The translations under genes were made by a program, and so were the position numbers. The notes beneath the pieces are model-generated. The model worked only from the letters and a program-made list of their open reading frames with translations, was not told the origin of the DNA and made no database searches. 64,000 bases of DNA from a phage. Shown here one piece after another: positions 47,061 through 57,109 of this stretch. Position 1 is the stretch's first letter. Every line of letters begins with the position of its first letter. The stretch lies in sequence record PZ386958.1. One strand, 5' to 3'.

Positions 47061-48720
47061 GTCTATGTAATAACCTCTATACAATCCCTTTCCTTTCCTT
47101 TCCAGAATCTATCCCACTAATTCGATAGAATCTATCTCGTACCTTAAAAAGCAATAACTCTATAGTCTACTCTATAACCTTTTATCAAATCAACTTAAAT
47201 ATAAGCCCATAACCCGAAAGGGAAGGGCAACCGTTTAAACGCTCTATAAAGCCCTATAACAGCCTTATCAACCTAACTTAAGGGATTGCATTAACTCACC
47301 CTTAAAAGCTCTTTACAGGGCTTTATAGAGGCTTAAAAGAATCTTATAAGGTTATAAGCTTTATTATCTCGTTAGTATCTTGTGAATATCTAAAAAGGGC
47401 TTGTTAGTGTCTTAAAAGTATGTTATAGGGGCTTAAAAGTTACTTTGAAGTAGCTTAAAAGTTACGTAAAAGGGGCTATAAAGTTACGTAAATACTAGCC
47501 CCCTTAACATTTTCTTAACAATTTCTTAACAAACCCTACATAGTTATACTTTTAAGGCACTTGTTAGCAACTTGTTAGCCCCTTGTTAAATCTCTGTTAA
47601 GACCACGTAAAAGCCTTGTAAGAGTCTTTGACATAGCCTTTAAAGCTCCTGTAAAGCCCTATAAAGAGCTTTCTTCATAGTTGGGGTGTAATTACTAGGA
47701 AGAGGCTTAAAAGAGCTTACAAAGAGCTATAGAGAGCTTTTAAGAGGTATGTTTAGAGAATCACTAAGAGGGAAAGGGAACGATAAGAAAAGAGATAGTG
47801 ACCATGTTAACAGCTTGTTAAAAAGATTAAACACTTGTTAGAAACTTGTTAATTATCTTAATTGGTATTGTTACCAATCCCTACAAAATAACTCTTAAAA
47901 ATTAACTTGTTAGCTCTTGTTAGTCATCTGTTAAGATTCTGTAAAGACTATGTATCAACTGTTAAGAAACTGTTACACCCTTGTTAGTTCTGTTAAGAAT
48001 CTGTTAAGACCTTTGAAGAGTTGTTAAGAAGGTGTGAGAACTGTTAAGAGATTGTTAATGATATTTTAAAATTTTGCAAAGGGGGTGTTAAGGAGCTGTT
48101 AAGGGCTACCAAGCAGATATACATCTTCTACAGATATTTTTCAGTTCCTTCAAAGACCATAAAAAATGACTTGACAGTCTTATTTTATAAAAATTTTAAG
48201 ATTCTGAATAATTACCTATACAGTCTTTCAAAAATACAGGTAGGAACAGGCTTATAAGATACCTTGTTAGTACCGTGTTAGACCTTGTGAGATAAGGTCT
48301 GTAAAGATATTCCTGTTAAGTTTATTAAAACAGTCTATATAGAGGCTTAGTAATACCTAGTGAACAACTATAGAGAGTCACATAGCTAACCTAATGGGTT
48401 ACTGTTAAGTAACACAGGTAACCTAGAGATTAAGAGGTGTATAGGAGCTTCTAAGAGGCTATAGAGAGATGGTTAAGGTGATTGTATAGGTTGTTAAGAA
48501 GGCTTGTTAGAGGGCTTGTTAGAAGGGTTATACAGAGGGCTATTAAGACCACTAGATAGCTACTAAGATACTATATAGTACTATATAACTATATAGAGAG
48601 TAAGATTAAGAAGGTTGTTAAGAAGGATAGATATTTTGTTCACATATGATGGTGACCCAGAGGTTGGGACAACCGATAAAATTTTATAAAAAATATAAAT
48701 TTCGTAAATTTTACTCAATA
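47061..48720. repeat. Non-coding repeat-dense region: 30 or more degenerate copies of (C/T)TGTTA(A/G) plus purine-rich AGAG/TAAGAG and TATATAG runs
   Basis: No ORF of 60 aa or more on either strand; motifs CTTGTTAG, CTGTTAAGA, GGGCTTAAAAGTTAC recur throughout, often in tandem. Confidence 0.6.
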
Positions 48721-48754
48721 AAAAGCCCCCAATTAAGGAGGCTCTTAAGATATT

Positions 48755-49348
48755 TTAAATCAGTGTTTCCAGAACTGTTTTTAGGGATGACTTAGTTGTC
48801 TGATAAAAATGAGTAAAGCCATTGTTGTTATCAAATACCTGCATCATGATATCATCTCCCTTGATTGGGTACACTCGGATATCATAGTGAAAACCACTAA
48901 AGACAGTAGAACCATTACAGAACACACTAAAATCACTTGCTGAGATATACTCTTCATGACCTGTGATTTTTATACAGACACCTTTACTCGGTCTCTTAGG
49001 GTTGATATCTTCCATAATAGACATACTCTGTCCACCAAGAGATACCATAGTGACCACTTTACGGTTCTTCTGTTTAAAGTACATTTTAACTTTCTGTAAA
49101 GTACCTTCATAGAACGGATAAGACTTCTCTACAAAGATTCCTTCAAGTGGCTCTTTACCATTTTTAACTTCTCTGATATGTCTTACTGAGAAGACAAGCT
49201 GCTCTAGTATGTCAAGGCTTTCTTTGGATAATGCTTCTCGAACATCACTCCAGTCAAGGACTAGGTAGTTACCTTCAACTTCTTTTAAGTTATCTTTTTC
49301 CATATCTATCACACCATTATCGTAAAACTTGGTAAGCTGGTACTGCAA
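48755..49348 (-). CDS. Hypothetical protein
   Basis: 197-aa ORF; last gene of leftward block. Confidence 0.4.
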   Translation of the reverse strand: MQYQLTKFYDNGVIDMEKDNLKEVEGNYLVLDWSDVREALSKESLDILEQLVFSVRHIREVKNGKEPLEGIFVEKSYPFYEGTLQKVKMYFKQKNRKVVTMVSLGGQSMSIMEDINPKRPSKGVCIKITGHEEYISASDFSVFCNGSTVFSGFHYDIRVYPIKGDDIMMQVFDNNNGFTHFYQTTKSSLKTVLETLI

Positions 49349-49781
49349 ACTTGTTGCTATTGTTCCTAATAAGGTCTTCTTCTGTTACTAAGAATGTAAT
49401 CCCACATAAGTGCGTATAGTGGCTGTCATACTCGAATATTTTAAGTAAGTATTTACCATCATGATAAACAGATTCTACTACACCTTTTGCAACAATCTTT
49501 CCAGTCTTGAAGTCTTTAAGAGGGTATGTATTACCAATTTTAGGGACTGTTTTCATCTCAGGTTCTTTTAGTTTCTCACCAGCTTCTACATCACCTAGTA
49601 AGTGAGAACTTTCAAATGCTACATATTGCATATAAGCTTCTGAGCATTCCCAAATAAAGCAATGTACAAGAACCTTAGCAGCATGTCTTGAACAGTTCAA
49701 CTTATCACAAATTTCTGTGTACATTTCATCTTTAGTTGAGTTGTCAAGCATTGCTTTTTGGACTACTTCTTTAATTTTCAT
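49317..49781 (-). CDS. Hypothetical protein
   Basis: 154-aa ORF. Confidence 0.4.
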   Translation of the reverse strand: MKIKEVVQKAMLDNSTKDEMYTEICDKLNCSRHAAKVLVHCFIWECSEAYMQYVAFESSHLLGDVEAGEKLKEPEMKTVPKIGNTYPLKDFKTGKIVAKGVVESVYHDGKYLLKIFEYDSHYTHLCGITFLVTEEDLIRNNSNKFAVPAYQVLR

Positions 49782-50199
49782 AAGCTCTCCGAATAACCCT
49801 ATTAAGCATCTCTAAAGTCAGCTTTCCAGACTCTAAATGTGGCATAACAAGCTTTAAAGCTTTTTCAACATCATGCACAACATCTATTATACCTTCTTCA
49901 TAGGCTTCTACAAGGATATCTTTTACGTTTTGTGGATTACCTTTTTGTGGTATCACTAGGCACATATCAAACTCATTTGCTTGAGGATGGTTCTTACCTT
50001 GCCAATAACCGTCTTTGTTAAAGCTGATGTAGTCACCGTGGTAAAAGTGTACACCATTAGCTTTAAACTTCTCCAGCACAAGGCATTGAATTGGGTATTC
50101 AGTATTCCACTCCCTGACTCCTATAACCTTCACTGTTGCGATGTACTCCTGTGTTTTTGCATCTATGATGTCAAGTTCTTGACCAGCTATGATTTGCAT
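49771..50199 (-). CDS. Hypothetical protein
   Basis: 142-aa ORF. Confidence 0.4.
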   Translation of the reverse strand: MQIIAGQELDIIDAKTQEYIATVKVIGVREWNTEYPIQCLVLEKFKANGVHFYHGDYISFNKDGYWQGKNHPQANEFDMCLVIPQKGNPQNVKDILVEAYEEGIIDVVHDVEKALKLVMPHLESGKLTLEMLNRVIRRAYEN

Positions 50200-50253
50200 A
50201 TTCGCTACCTTCTAAGTTTCTACAAAGGGGCTATCAAGTAACCCCTCAAGTTA

Positions 50254-50478
50254 TTACTCAGACTTTTCAGTCTTCTTATCGGATTTCTTACTAGTCTTCT
50301 TCTCAGCTTTCTGCTCAGGTTCCTTCTCAGAAGTTGCCTTGATAACCATATCAAGAAGTTCTGATAAGTCACTCTTCAGTAAAGTAACAGGCTGCTCATT
50401 ATAGAAGTTTTTGTCAAGATAATCTTTGAACTCTTCTATAGAAGGAAATCCAAAAATTGGTACAGGTGTCTTAATCAT
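50254..50478 (-). CDS. Hypothetical small protein with lysine-rich C-terminus
   Basis: 74-aa ORF. Confidence 0.3.
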   Translation of the reverse strand: MIKTPVPIFGFPSIEEFKDYLDKNFYNEQPVTLLKSDLSELLDMVIKATSEKEPEQKAEKKTSKKSDKKTEKSE

Positions 50479-50554
50479 TACTTAGTCTCTCCATAGGCAT
50501 CTTTTAAGATTGCCTTGTTAATCATTTCAGCTATTGCAAAACGAACACATACAG

Positions 50555-51088
50555 CTATAATTGTAGGTTGCATTCTTTACTTACCTCTTCAAGTTTAACC
50601 TCAGAATCCTTAAGTCGTTTCTTATGAACTCTGAACCTTATTAGTGAGATGATGATAACAGCTAAAGGAACAGCATACAAGTACCAAACATCATATACCT
50701 TTGCAGTAATCTGTGTAATTGTCAAATCTTGAGCTATGCAGCTAATTGCTGATACTGCCAGTAGCATTGCTAAGAAGAACGCCAGTACCATAACAATACT
50801 TAGGCATCCTCTAGTATGGTGTTCATGCTTAATGCACTTATTCTTTTCGTCAACAACCCTGTTGTAGTCGTTTGTAAAGTCTCTGTAGAAAGCTTTCAAG
50901 TATTCTTTATTGTAGCCTTCAAAGCAACCTGTACCGTACCAATAATCACCACCAAAATGTGCTATGATACCGGTATCTCCATTTGGTTTAGTTACTCTCA
51001 AAGATGTGTGATGACGAGTATCTTGATAGTCTATTTTGTATCTTTCTTCGTAAATCATTTCCCAACCCCTCTCAATCGTTTGTTCCAT
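50555..51088 (-). CDS. Membrane protein (two predicted TM helices)
   Basis: 177 aa; hydrophobic stretches LSIVMVLAFFLAMLLAVSAISCIA and VWYLYAVPLAVIIISLI. Confidence 0.4.
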   Translation of the reverse strand: MEQTIERGWEMIYEERYKIDYQDTRHHTSLRVTKPNGDTGIIAHFGGDYWYGTGCFEGYNKEYLKAFYRDFTNDYNRVVDEKNKCIKHEHHTRGCLSIVMVLAFFLAMLLAVSAISCIAQDLTITQITAKVYDVWYLYAVPLAVIIISLIRFRVHKKRLKDSEVKLEEVSKECNLQL

Positions 51089-51273
51089 TCAAGGTCAACA
51101 AATCTTTGCAGGACTTTCCCTCTAGGTGTTACACCTTTTAAATCTGCATCGTAACAATGGTAAAAATCACCTTCAGCGTGCTTACCATAGCATTTTCTGA
51201 TGTTCTGACTCCTACGATACTGCTCTAATAGGGAGAGTCTGTAGTAATCTTCAACTGTAGTTAACTTTTTCAT
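51055..51273 (-). CDS. Hypothetical small protein
   Basis: 72-aa ORF. Confidence 0.3.
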   Translation of the reverse strand: MKKLTTVEDYYRLSLLEQYRRSQNIRKCYGKHAEGDFYHCYDADLKGVTPRGKVLQRFVDLEWNKRLRGVGK

Positions 51274-51935
51274 TCTTTCACCGTAGCATTTCTGAACTGA
51301 CGTTGAGTTTCTCTTGTAATTTCGTCTGGAGTAAACCCTGCTTTCAGCATATCTCTGAAAAGAACTTCTAAATGGTTCCTCTCAATGATGTAAATGGCAT
51401 TCTGAATAGCTGTTTTGCGCTCCTTCAGGTCACTACTAATCTCTTCGCACTTACTGGTAAGTTCTGTGTCAGTTTTCTTATAGACTGGCATAACATGTGC
51501 GTAGCAACCTTTATTAGTCTCCATGAAAAATTTAAAAGATTCCTCAGAGTCCTTTAAAGCAATACCTATAAAGTTCTTGTAAGCACCTGTGAAAGATAAG
51601 GACTCAATCTCAGCAGTCGAGTATACAGTTCCAGCACACAGTCTTGCAGAAGTACTAAATGTGTGGTTTGGTGTTGTGTCAAAGTCTAAGTTCTTCAGTG
51701 GCCTGAAATAAACAATACCGTTGTGTGAGATATGTGTTACAACAGCCTCAACACTCTTTGACGGATTCTGTTTAACGTACAAAATTATTTTATCTTTTTC
51801 TTTCACTGTAGCCATATATTCTCCAGAAACTAAAAAGGGAACTACCTCTCGATAGCTCCCATCATAATCAATATTGTATACTCGGTCAAGAGTATTTTTT
51901 AGGCAGTAATGCGCTACGCTTGTTACTCTCTTCAC
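51270..51935 (-). CDS. Hypothetical protein
   Basis: 221-aa ORF. Confidence 0.4.
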   Translation of the reverse strand: MKRVTSVAHYCLKNTLDRVYNIDYDGSYREVVPFLVSGEYMATVKEKDKIILYVKQNPSKSVEAVVTHISHNGIVYFRPLKNLDFDTTPNHTFSTSARLCAGTVYSTAEIESLSFTGAYKNFIGIALKDSEESFKFFMETNKGCYAHVMPVYKKTDTELTSKCEEISSDLKERKTAIQNAIYIIERNHLEVLFRDMLKAGFTPDEITRETQRQFRNATVKE

Positions 51936-52467
51936 TCAATAGTGCGATAAATTCATCACCTTTCCCTTTCCACGGACTGAATGTAGGGATGTGCTCTCTG
52001 ATAGCCTCAATCACTGTTTTCAGGGCATTGTTCTTTAACCACCAATCAGACACTGCCGAAGCTACGATGTAGTAAGCACCGTCATCTGTGAAGATTGGCT
52101 CAGAGATACATGGTGAAATCATAGTGGTGATGATAGAGCCATTATTCATGTAATATGTTCTTTTTTCAACCTTATCAAGAAGCTTGTGAAGGTCTGCAAA
52201 GAGACTTACCACCTCTTTATGGTCAATATCTTTTTCAAGATTTGCTCTATACTTTAATAGTGCAGCATCAACCTCTTTATCATTAAATTTGAAGTACTGG
52301 ACTTCTTCATTCACACATACACTGATGTTGTTGGTGTTTATCGTCAATTTGCACAGTTTGACTGGAGAGTTAATGTTGGTCTGAAAAAGTGCTACACAGC
52401 CTTCTACATTCCCGAAATGTTTGACTAATGTAACTTCTGGTTGGATGTGCTCATGTTCTTCTGACAT
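51886..52467 (-). CDS. Hypothetical protein
   Basis: 193-aa ORF. Confidence 0.4.
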   Translation of the reverse strand: MSEEHEHIQPEVTLVKHFGNVEGCVALFQTNINSPVKLCKLTINTNNISVCVNEEVQYFKFNDKEVDAALLKYRANLEKDIDHKEVVSLFADLHKLLDKVEKRTYYMNNGSIITTMISPCISEPIFTDDGAYYIVASAVSDWWLKNNALKTVIEAIREHIPTFSPWKGKGDEFIALLSEESNKRSALLPKKYS

Positions 52468-52811
52468 TATAGTTTCCTCATTAAATACTTTTTAAGTTGT
52501 GTGTTAGGTTTCTCAAAAACTTCTATAGAAGATATCTTGACAGATTCACCACGCATACCTGTATGTTTGAATATATAGTACTCTAACATCCCTATGGACT
52601 TTGCTGGTAAGTCATGCTTGACATACACCGTTACAGAATCTTCAAATTCAACAACTTTTGTACCATCTTTGTAGTTGAACTCTTTAGGATGGTCGTAGTT
52701 GTCGATATCGTACATTAAAAAGAGTCTTTTCCGTTGCATGTCAAGCTTATTGGTTAAAGACTCTTTGATGTCTGAGAAGTTTTTGTACACTGTGACATGG
52801 AGCTTACTCAT
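52467..52811 (-). CDS. Hypothetical protein
   Basis: 114-aa ORF. Confidence 0.35.
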   Translation of the reverse strand: MSKLHVTVYKNFSDIKESLTNKLDMQRKRLFLMYDIDNYDHPKEFNYKDGTKVVEFEDSVTVYVKHDLPAKSIGMLEYYIFKHTGMRGESVKISSIEVFEKPNTQLKKYLMRKL

Positions 52812-53097
52812 CGTTAAACTCTCTGACGAAGAAATAGTTGACTTTGTTATTACCTACCATAAGGTCAAAGCAGGTATTCTCAAAAGGCTTGTTGTAGGCA
52901 TCGTATGAAGTGTACGTATCAGCTACTTGTTTAGTGTTGAGCTTTTTACTTGATGGATTTAAGAGGCCACCATACAGTTTCTTGATAGCCTCTTCTACAA
53001 CAGACCAGATAATTTCGTCAGTAATTTCTTCGTACAGGTCAAGTTCACGCTCTAGTGAGAAGTCACAAATAGGGAATACAACCTGTACTTTGCTCAT
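52804..53097 (-). CDS. Hypothetical protein
   Basis: 97-aa ORF. Confidence 0.35.
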   Translation of the reverse strand: MSKVQVVFPICDFSLERELDLYEEITDEIIWSVVEEAIKKLYGGLLNPSSKKLNTKQVADTYTSYDAYNKPFENTCFDLMVGNNKVNYFFVREFNDE

Positions 53098-53492
53098 TAA
53101 CGAATAACCTGTGAGACTTGAATTGCTTCGGTTACTGACAAGTCACCTACTTTCTCTTCTTTGATAAAAGTGAAGGTAAGTTCAACAGGTTCTTGCTCTT
53201 CTTGCTCAACCGGAAGAGCATTAAGCTCATCAAAGATTGCTTGGGTAGTCCAGTCTTCCCCACCATCTGGATAATGGATTGCGTAAAGTGGAAACTCTAA
53301 ATTATACCAAGCAAAAACAGGGCAACCATCTGCATCATCTCGACATCTGTGGAGATATGTGTTTGTACCTTCAAAATGCAAATGGAGGTTACCATTCTTC
53401 TCAAAGAGAAGAGCATCTTTCAGGTCTAGTTCCTCATTTTTGCTGTAACGGCTGACATCAACTTTAACGTGAATATGACTGTTATTATTCAT
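53097..53492 (-). CDS. Hypothetical protein
   Basis: 131-aa ORF. Confidence 0.35.
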   Translation of the reverse strand: MNNNSHIHVKVDVSRYSKNEELDLKDALLFEKNGNLHLHFEGTNTYLHRCRDDADGCPVFAWYNLEFPLYAIHYPDGGEDWTTQAIFDELNALPVEQEEQEPVELTFTFIKEEKVGDLSVTEAIQVSQVIR

Positions 53493-53883
53493 AAAAACCT
53501 CTCTCTGCTTGTTCGATTTTCGCTTTTAGAACTTCACACCGTTCAATGTGATATCTGGCTTCATGTTCATGTGTCGCCAAAGTTCTTTCAAGAATGGTTT
53601 TATAGTAACCTGCAAGTTGCTCTCTTGTCAATGGGTTCTCTGAAATAATATCAAGACCACTTTCACCTAGAGTATTAAATTGCCCATGCTCATTTACATG
53701 ATAAGTCTCAAACTTGAATAAACCGTTATTAGCAGATTCAATAGATGATAGTTCAACCAACTCAACAGTGAACATTGTATGCACCCTATCACCAACTGTA
53801 ACAATGTTACTTCCAATGATGCGTACAAGCGAACCATTACGAGTGTACTTAAAAGTTCCAAAGTCACTAGCCCAAAGTTTCAT
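53485..53883 (-). CDS. Hypothetical protein
   Basis: 132-aa ORF. Confidence 0.35.
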   Translation of the reverse strand: MKLWASDFGTFKYTRNGSLVRIIGSNIVTVGDRVHTMFTVELVELSSIESANNGLFKFETYHVNEHGQFNTLGESGLDIISENPLTREQLAGYYKTILERTLATHEHEARYHIERCEVLKAKIEQAERGFYE

Positions 53884-53896
53884 AGTTTTCTCCTTA

Positions 53897-53925
53897 GAAA
53901 ATAAAAAGGCTCCCGAAGGAGCCTA
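53897..53925 (-). terminator. Intrinsic terminator on minus strand (ggctccttcgggagcctttttatttt)
   Basis: Reverse complement of plus 53897-53925 gives stem, TTCG loop, T-run. Confidence 0.55.
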
Positions 53926-53933
53926 TGAAGATA

Positions 53934-54398
53934 TTACTTTGGGTATACACTGTCAAGATAAATGTCAGCTTCCATTCTACGTCTGTTTTTCAGTCCGTTT
54001 GAAGTGACCTTCTGACCTTTGACTGTAACCTTGTTCCACCACTGCATAGCTTCTGCACAACCTACCTTATTACCAGCGTTGTGGCGCTTGATAAATGTAG
54101 AGTCCTGCATAGCTGTGATACCAATGTTGTATGTTTCACTTACAAGTGCATCAAACTCGTTCTGAGAAGTTGGAACCTTGATGGCTTTGTTCACTGCTGC
54201 AACGAACTTTTCAACATCTGCGAGAAGATACTGTTCAGCTTGTTCAGCCGTGATTCTCATACCCATCTTAACAGGTTTACCAGCAATACGGATTGTTCCA
54301 TACCCAATTGTAGGGATTCCAGCAGAATCTTCGTAAGCCTCTAGCTTAAGACCTTCAAAGAACTTAATAGCTTCTAAACCTTTTCTTGAGAGTTGCAT
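53934..54398 (-). CDS. Lysozyme (T4 e-type, glycoside hydrolase family 24)
   Basis: 154 aa; FEGLKLEAYEDSAGIPTIGYGT matches catalytic E..D..T region of T4 lysozyme. Confidence 0.75.
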   Translation of the reverse strand: MQLSRKGLEAIKFFEGLKLEAYEDSAGIPTIGYGTIRIAGKPVKMGMRITAEQAEQYLLADVEKFVAAVNKAIKVPTSQNEFDALVSETYNIGITAMQDSTFIKRHNAGNKVGCAEAMQWWNKVTVKGQKVTSNGLKNRRRMEADIYLDSVYPK

Positions 54399-55030
54399 TA
54401 TGCCCCTCCTACTGGACTAACTGTAACTGTTGCTGCATTGGATGTTACAGAGCCACCTGCACCAGTAACTACACAGGTGTAGCTTCCTGAATCAGCAGCA
54501 GTTGCACCTTCTTTGGTGTAAGTTGCAGTAGTTGCATCGAGGATGTCTTCCTCACCTTTCTTCCATTGGTAACCTGTCGCACCTGTTGCAGCCACTACCA
54601 AGTTGATGTTTCCACCCTCATTGACTGTTTGACCTGTTGGTTGCTGAGTAATTGCTGGTGGCTTAATAGCATCCTTCAACTTAGCATTCAACATTGAGAA
54701 CGGCTTAACTCTTGCCAACCATTCACAGTAAATTGTGTCAACATCTTTACCATTGATGATTGCATACTGCAAATCCATGAAGAAATCAGCAGTTCTCATC
54801 TGTGCACCAACACTGTAAAGCAATTCATCACTAAATGGAACTTTGTAGTCTGGTTTGTAGTCAAACTTCTCAACTTCTGCAATATCAGCTTCAGGCCAAT
54901 ACGAACTATAGGTGAGTGGTAAAATAATCTCTTGATATGTTCTAAAATCATATCTCTTACCAGCTTTTACGTTTGCAATGAAGCCCTTCACAAACTCTTT
55001 GAAGTCTGGGTAAGTCTTTGCTTTAATCAT
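54398..55030 (-). CDS. Hypothetical protein with C-terminal Ig-like domain; paralog of next gene
   Basis: 210 aa; N-terminal 120 aa alignable to 55027-55398 product; C-terminus PPAITQQPTGQTVNEGGNINLVVAATGATGYQWKKGEEDILDATTATYTKEGATAADSGSYTCVVTGAGGSVTSNAATVTVSP is Ig-like. Confidence 0.4.
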   Translation of the reverse strand: MIKAKTYPDFKEFVKGFIANVKAGKRYDFRTYQEIILPLTYSSYWPEADIAEVEKFDYKPDYKVPFSDELLYSVGAQMRTADFFMDLQYAIINGKDVDTIYCEWLARVKPFSMLNAKLKDAIKPPAITQQPTGQTVNEGGNINLVVAATGATGYQWKKGEEDILDATTATYTKEGATAADSGSYTCVVTGAGGSVTSNAATVTVSPVGGA

Positions 55031-55398
55031 TTCTTTTTAGCCTCTAAATGTGCGTTTAGTCTAAAATAACCTTTGTGGTGTGGAGATACATCACCAACAA
55101 CAACACCTTTAACCTTATAACCTTTACCAATTACATACTGGATATCCATAAGGAATCTACCAAGACCAACAATATGGAACATTGGATATAATAGATTCTC
55201 AGAGTCTGGAATATTGATTTCAGGTTTGTAGGTGCGTTGTTCGATTGTTGGTGTAATATCTTCTTCAGGCCATTTACTGAGTCTCCATGTCAAAGGTGTT
55301 GGGATAACATCATTAAGGTTGTACCTTTCACCATTTTTCACGGAATTGATATAGGATTGTAGGAAGCAATAAAAGTCTTTTGCACTCTTAGCTTTCAT
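55027..55398 (-). CDS. Hypothetical protein (paralog of 54398-55030 N-terminal domain)
   Basis: 123 aa; shared pattern KxKxxxDFxxFxxxxIxxVKxGxRY ... WPEEDI ... YKP. Confidence 0.4.
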   Translation of the reverse strand: MKAKSAKDFYCFLQSYINSVKNGERYNLNDVIPTPLTWRLSKWPEEDITPTIEQRTYKPEINIPDSENLLYPMFHIVGLGRFLMDIQYVIGKGYKVKGVVVGDVSPHHKGYFRLNAHLEAKKK

Positions 55399-55445
55399 TA
55401 AATATCCTTATAAATAGTTAAAGGGGCATCAGCCCCTATTCACAC

Positions 55446-56036
55446 TTAAGCTTTTGTCTTAAGTAGGTTCTTAAGTTTTTTAAGATTCATACTCTCATCA
55501 AACTTAAAACCAAATCCATTGACATAATCAATGAACTCGGATTTCTTACTTAGTGACAATGCGTAACTCATATCAAAGTTCTTACTTGTTTCTGCGTCTG
55601 GACTAGAGTTCACATCAAATGAAATTTCTGTAGGCTCTTGCTTGCTGCTTCTCATATTATCAATTAATAGGCATGTATAGTTCGCTGGATAGAAGTTTGC
55701 ACTGCCATCAACATACCCATACTTATTGTTGTGAATAAGGTTTGAAAATACCTTAAGAAATGTTTCTGAGTCGTGGCATACAAGTTTGAATTGACTGCAC
55801 TCTCCAAGAGCCACTAAAGAGTAAGGACTTTCACTATCAAAGTCATAATTTGGATTCGATGACGTCACTGTTACACGCATCAAGTTATTAGCAATAGTCT
55901 TCTGTTTAAAAGAATTTGAAACATAGTGAAGACCTCTATTGCACTGATTGACTAGCTCTTTAAGTAGGTCATTTGCATATGGTGAGTTAATTGATACAGA
56001 GCCATCACTATTGTAATTAAAACTTACTGTTAACAT
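55446..56036 (-). CDS. Hypothetical protein
   Basis: 196-aa ORF. Confidence 0.4.
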   Translation of the reverse strand: MLTVSFNYNSDGSVSINSPYANDLLKELVNQCNRGLHYVSNSFKQKTIANNLMRVTVTSSNPNYDFDSESPYSLVALGECSQFKLVCHDSETFLKVFSNLIHNNKYGYVDGSANFYPANYTCLLIDNMRSSKQEPTEISFDVNSSPDAETSKNFDMSYALSLSKKSEFIDYVNGFGFKFDESMNLKKLKNLLKTKA

Positions 56037-56263
56037 TTTTCAGTTCTCCTGCGATTTATAATTTTGCTGCAATAGAGAAACGAAGTAAACTCACTGGAAG
56101 AAACCATTAAGTGTTGTTCACTAGATTGAGCCATTGCCCTGAAATACATTCCAGTCAAAGCATCATAGTGACTATTCTTTCCAATTGAGGTTATATAGCC
56201 ATGACTCTTTGCAGTTTGATATAAATCTATAATATCTGCGATTTCTAATTGGGAACTACACAT
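56030..56263 (-). CDS. Hypothetical small protein
   Basis: 77-aa ORF. Confidence 0.3.
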   Translation of the reverse strand: MCSSQLEIADIIDLYQTAKSHGYITSIGKNSHYDALTGMYFRAMAQSSEQHLMVSSSEFTSFLYCSKIINRRRTEKC

Positions 56264-56502
56264 AGATAATCCTCTTGTCTTCTGTAATTTTGAAAGAACA
56301 GGTACAGACCAATTTCAGAGGATGAATAGTAGATTAACTCTACCCTTTTTGATTCCTTACAGTGATTGGTATTCTTACCTTTCTTCGGTTTATTTGATTT
56401 TCTCATTAAGTCTCCTTTGTAGAACAAGGCAGACCTACAGCTTTAAGTAAGATGGTACAGTAATCCATACAACAAGTCAAGAACTATTGCAAGTTAAAAA
56501 AG

Positions 56503-56528
56503 TTGTTGACAAAGTACTTGACAAGGTG
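56503..56528. promoter_or_regulatory. Conserved tandem -35-like element TTGTTGACAAAGTACTTGACAAGGTG in divergent intergenic region
   Basis: Near-identical to 7908-7930. Confidence 0.4.
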
Positions 56529-56655
56529 TAGGCTTATAAATACTTAGAAGATAACTTAAAAGGTTCCTCTAAAAAGGCTATTTAAACAGATATCTTTCTG
56601 GATATCTATCTTTTATCTTAAAAGCCTTTTAAGAGGTCTTATAAGAGGCATACCA

Positions 56656-57027
56656 ATGAAAAACAGAACAAACAAAGGCCAGTTTAAAAAAGGCCAGTCT
56701 GGAAACCCATCTGGAAGACCAAAAGGCTCTCGTAACAAAAGCTCACTCGTAAAAGCTCAACTGACCATTGATAATTCTGCTGAGTTTGCTGCAAAGTTGT
56801 TTGAAGCGATTGTTACAAGGGACGCTGCTAAGCTTGCAGAGTTCGGTTTGACGACTGACGATGTAAACCTGAAGTCGATGATGGAAGCTGGTAAAACTAT
56901 CATGACCCACTCAGCAGGTGAGATGAAAGCAATTGCAGCAGACACTAAGAAGACCCCTGATAATGGTGGTCAGTCTCAGACAGATAACAAACCAACGTTC
57001 TCTGCTGTAGCGACTCTCAAAAAATAA
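56656..57027 (+). CDS. Small protein with AT-hook-like motif (KGQSGNPSGRPKGSRNK)
   Basis: 123 aa; GRP core in basic, glycine-rich N-terminus. Confidence 0.4.
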   Translation: MKNRTNKGQFKKGQSGNPSGRPKGSRNKSSLVKAQLTIDNSAEFAAKLFEAIVTRDAAKLAEFGLTTDDVNLKSMMEAGKTIMTHSAGEMKAIAADTKKTPDNGGQSQTDNKPTFSAVATLKK

Positions 57028-57109
57028 TTTTAAAAGGTGTTGACAGACTCTACAAAGTTGCTCTAAAGTCTGTCACATCAACAAACAAAATGAGAGAAGA
57101 GAGTAAAAT

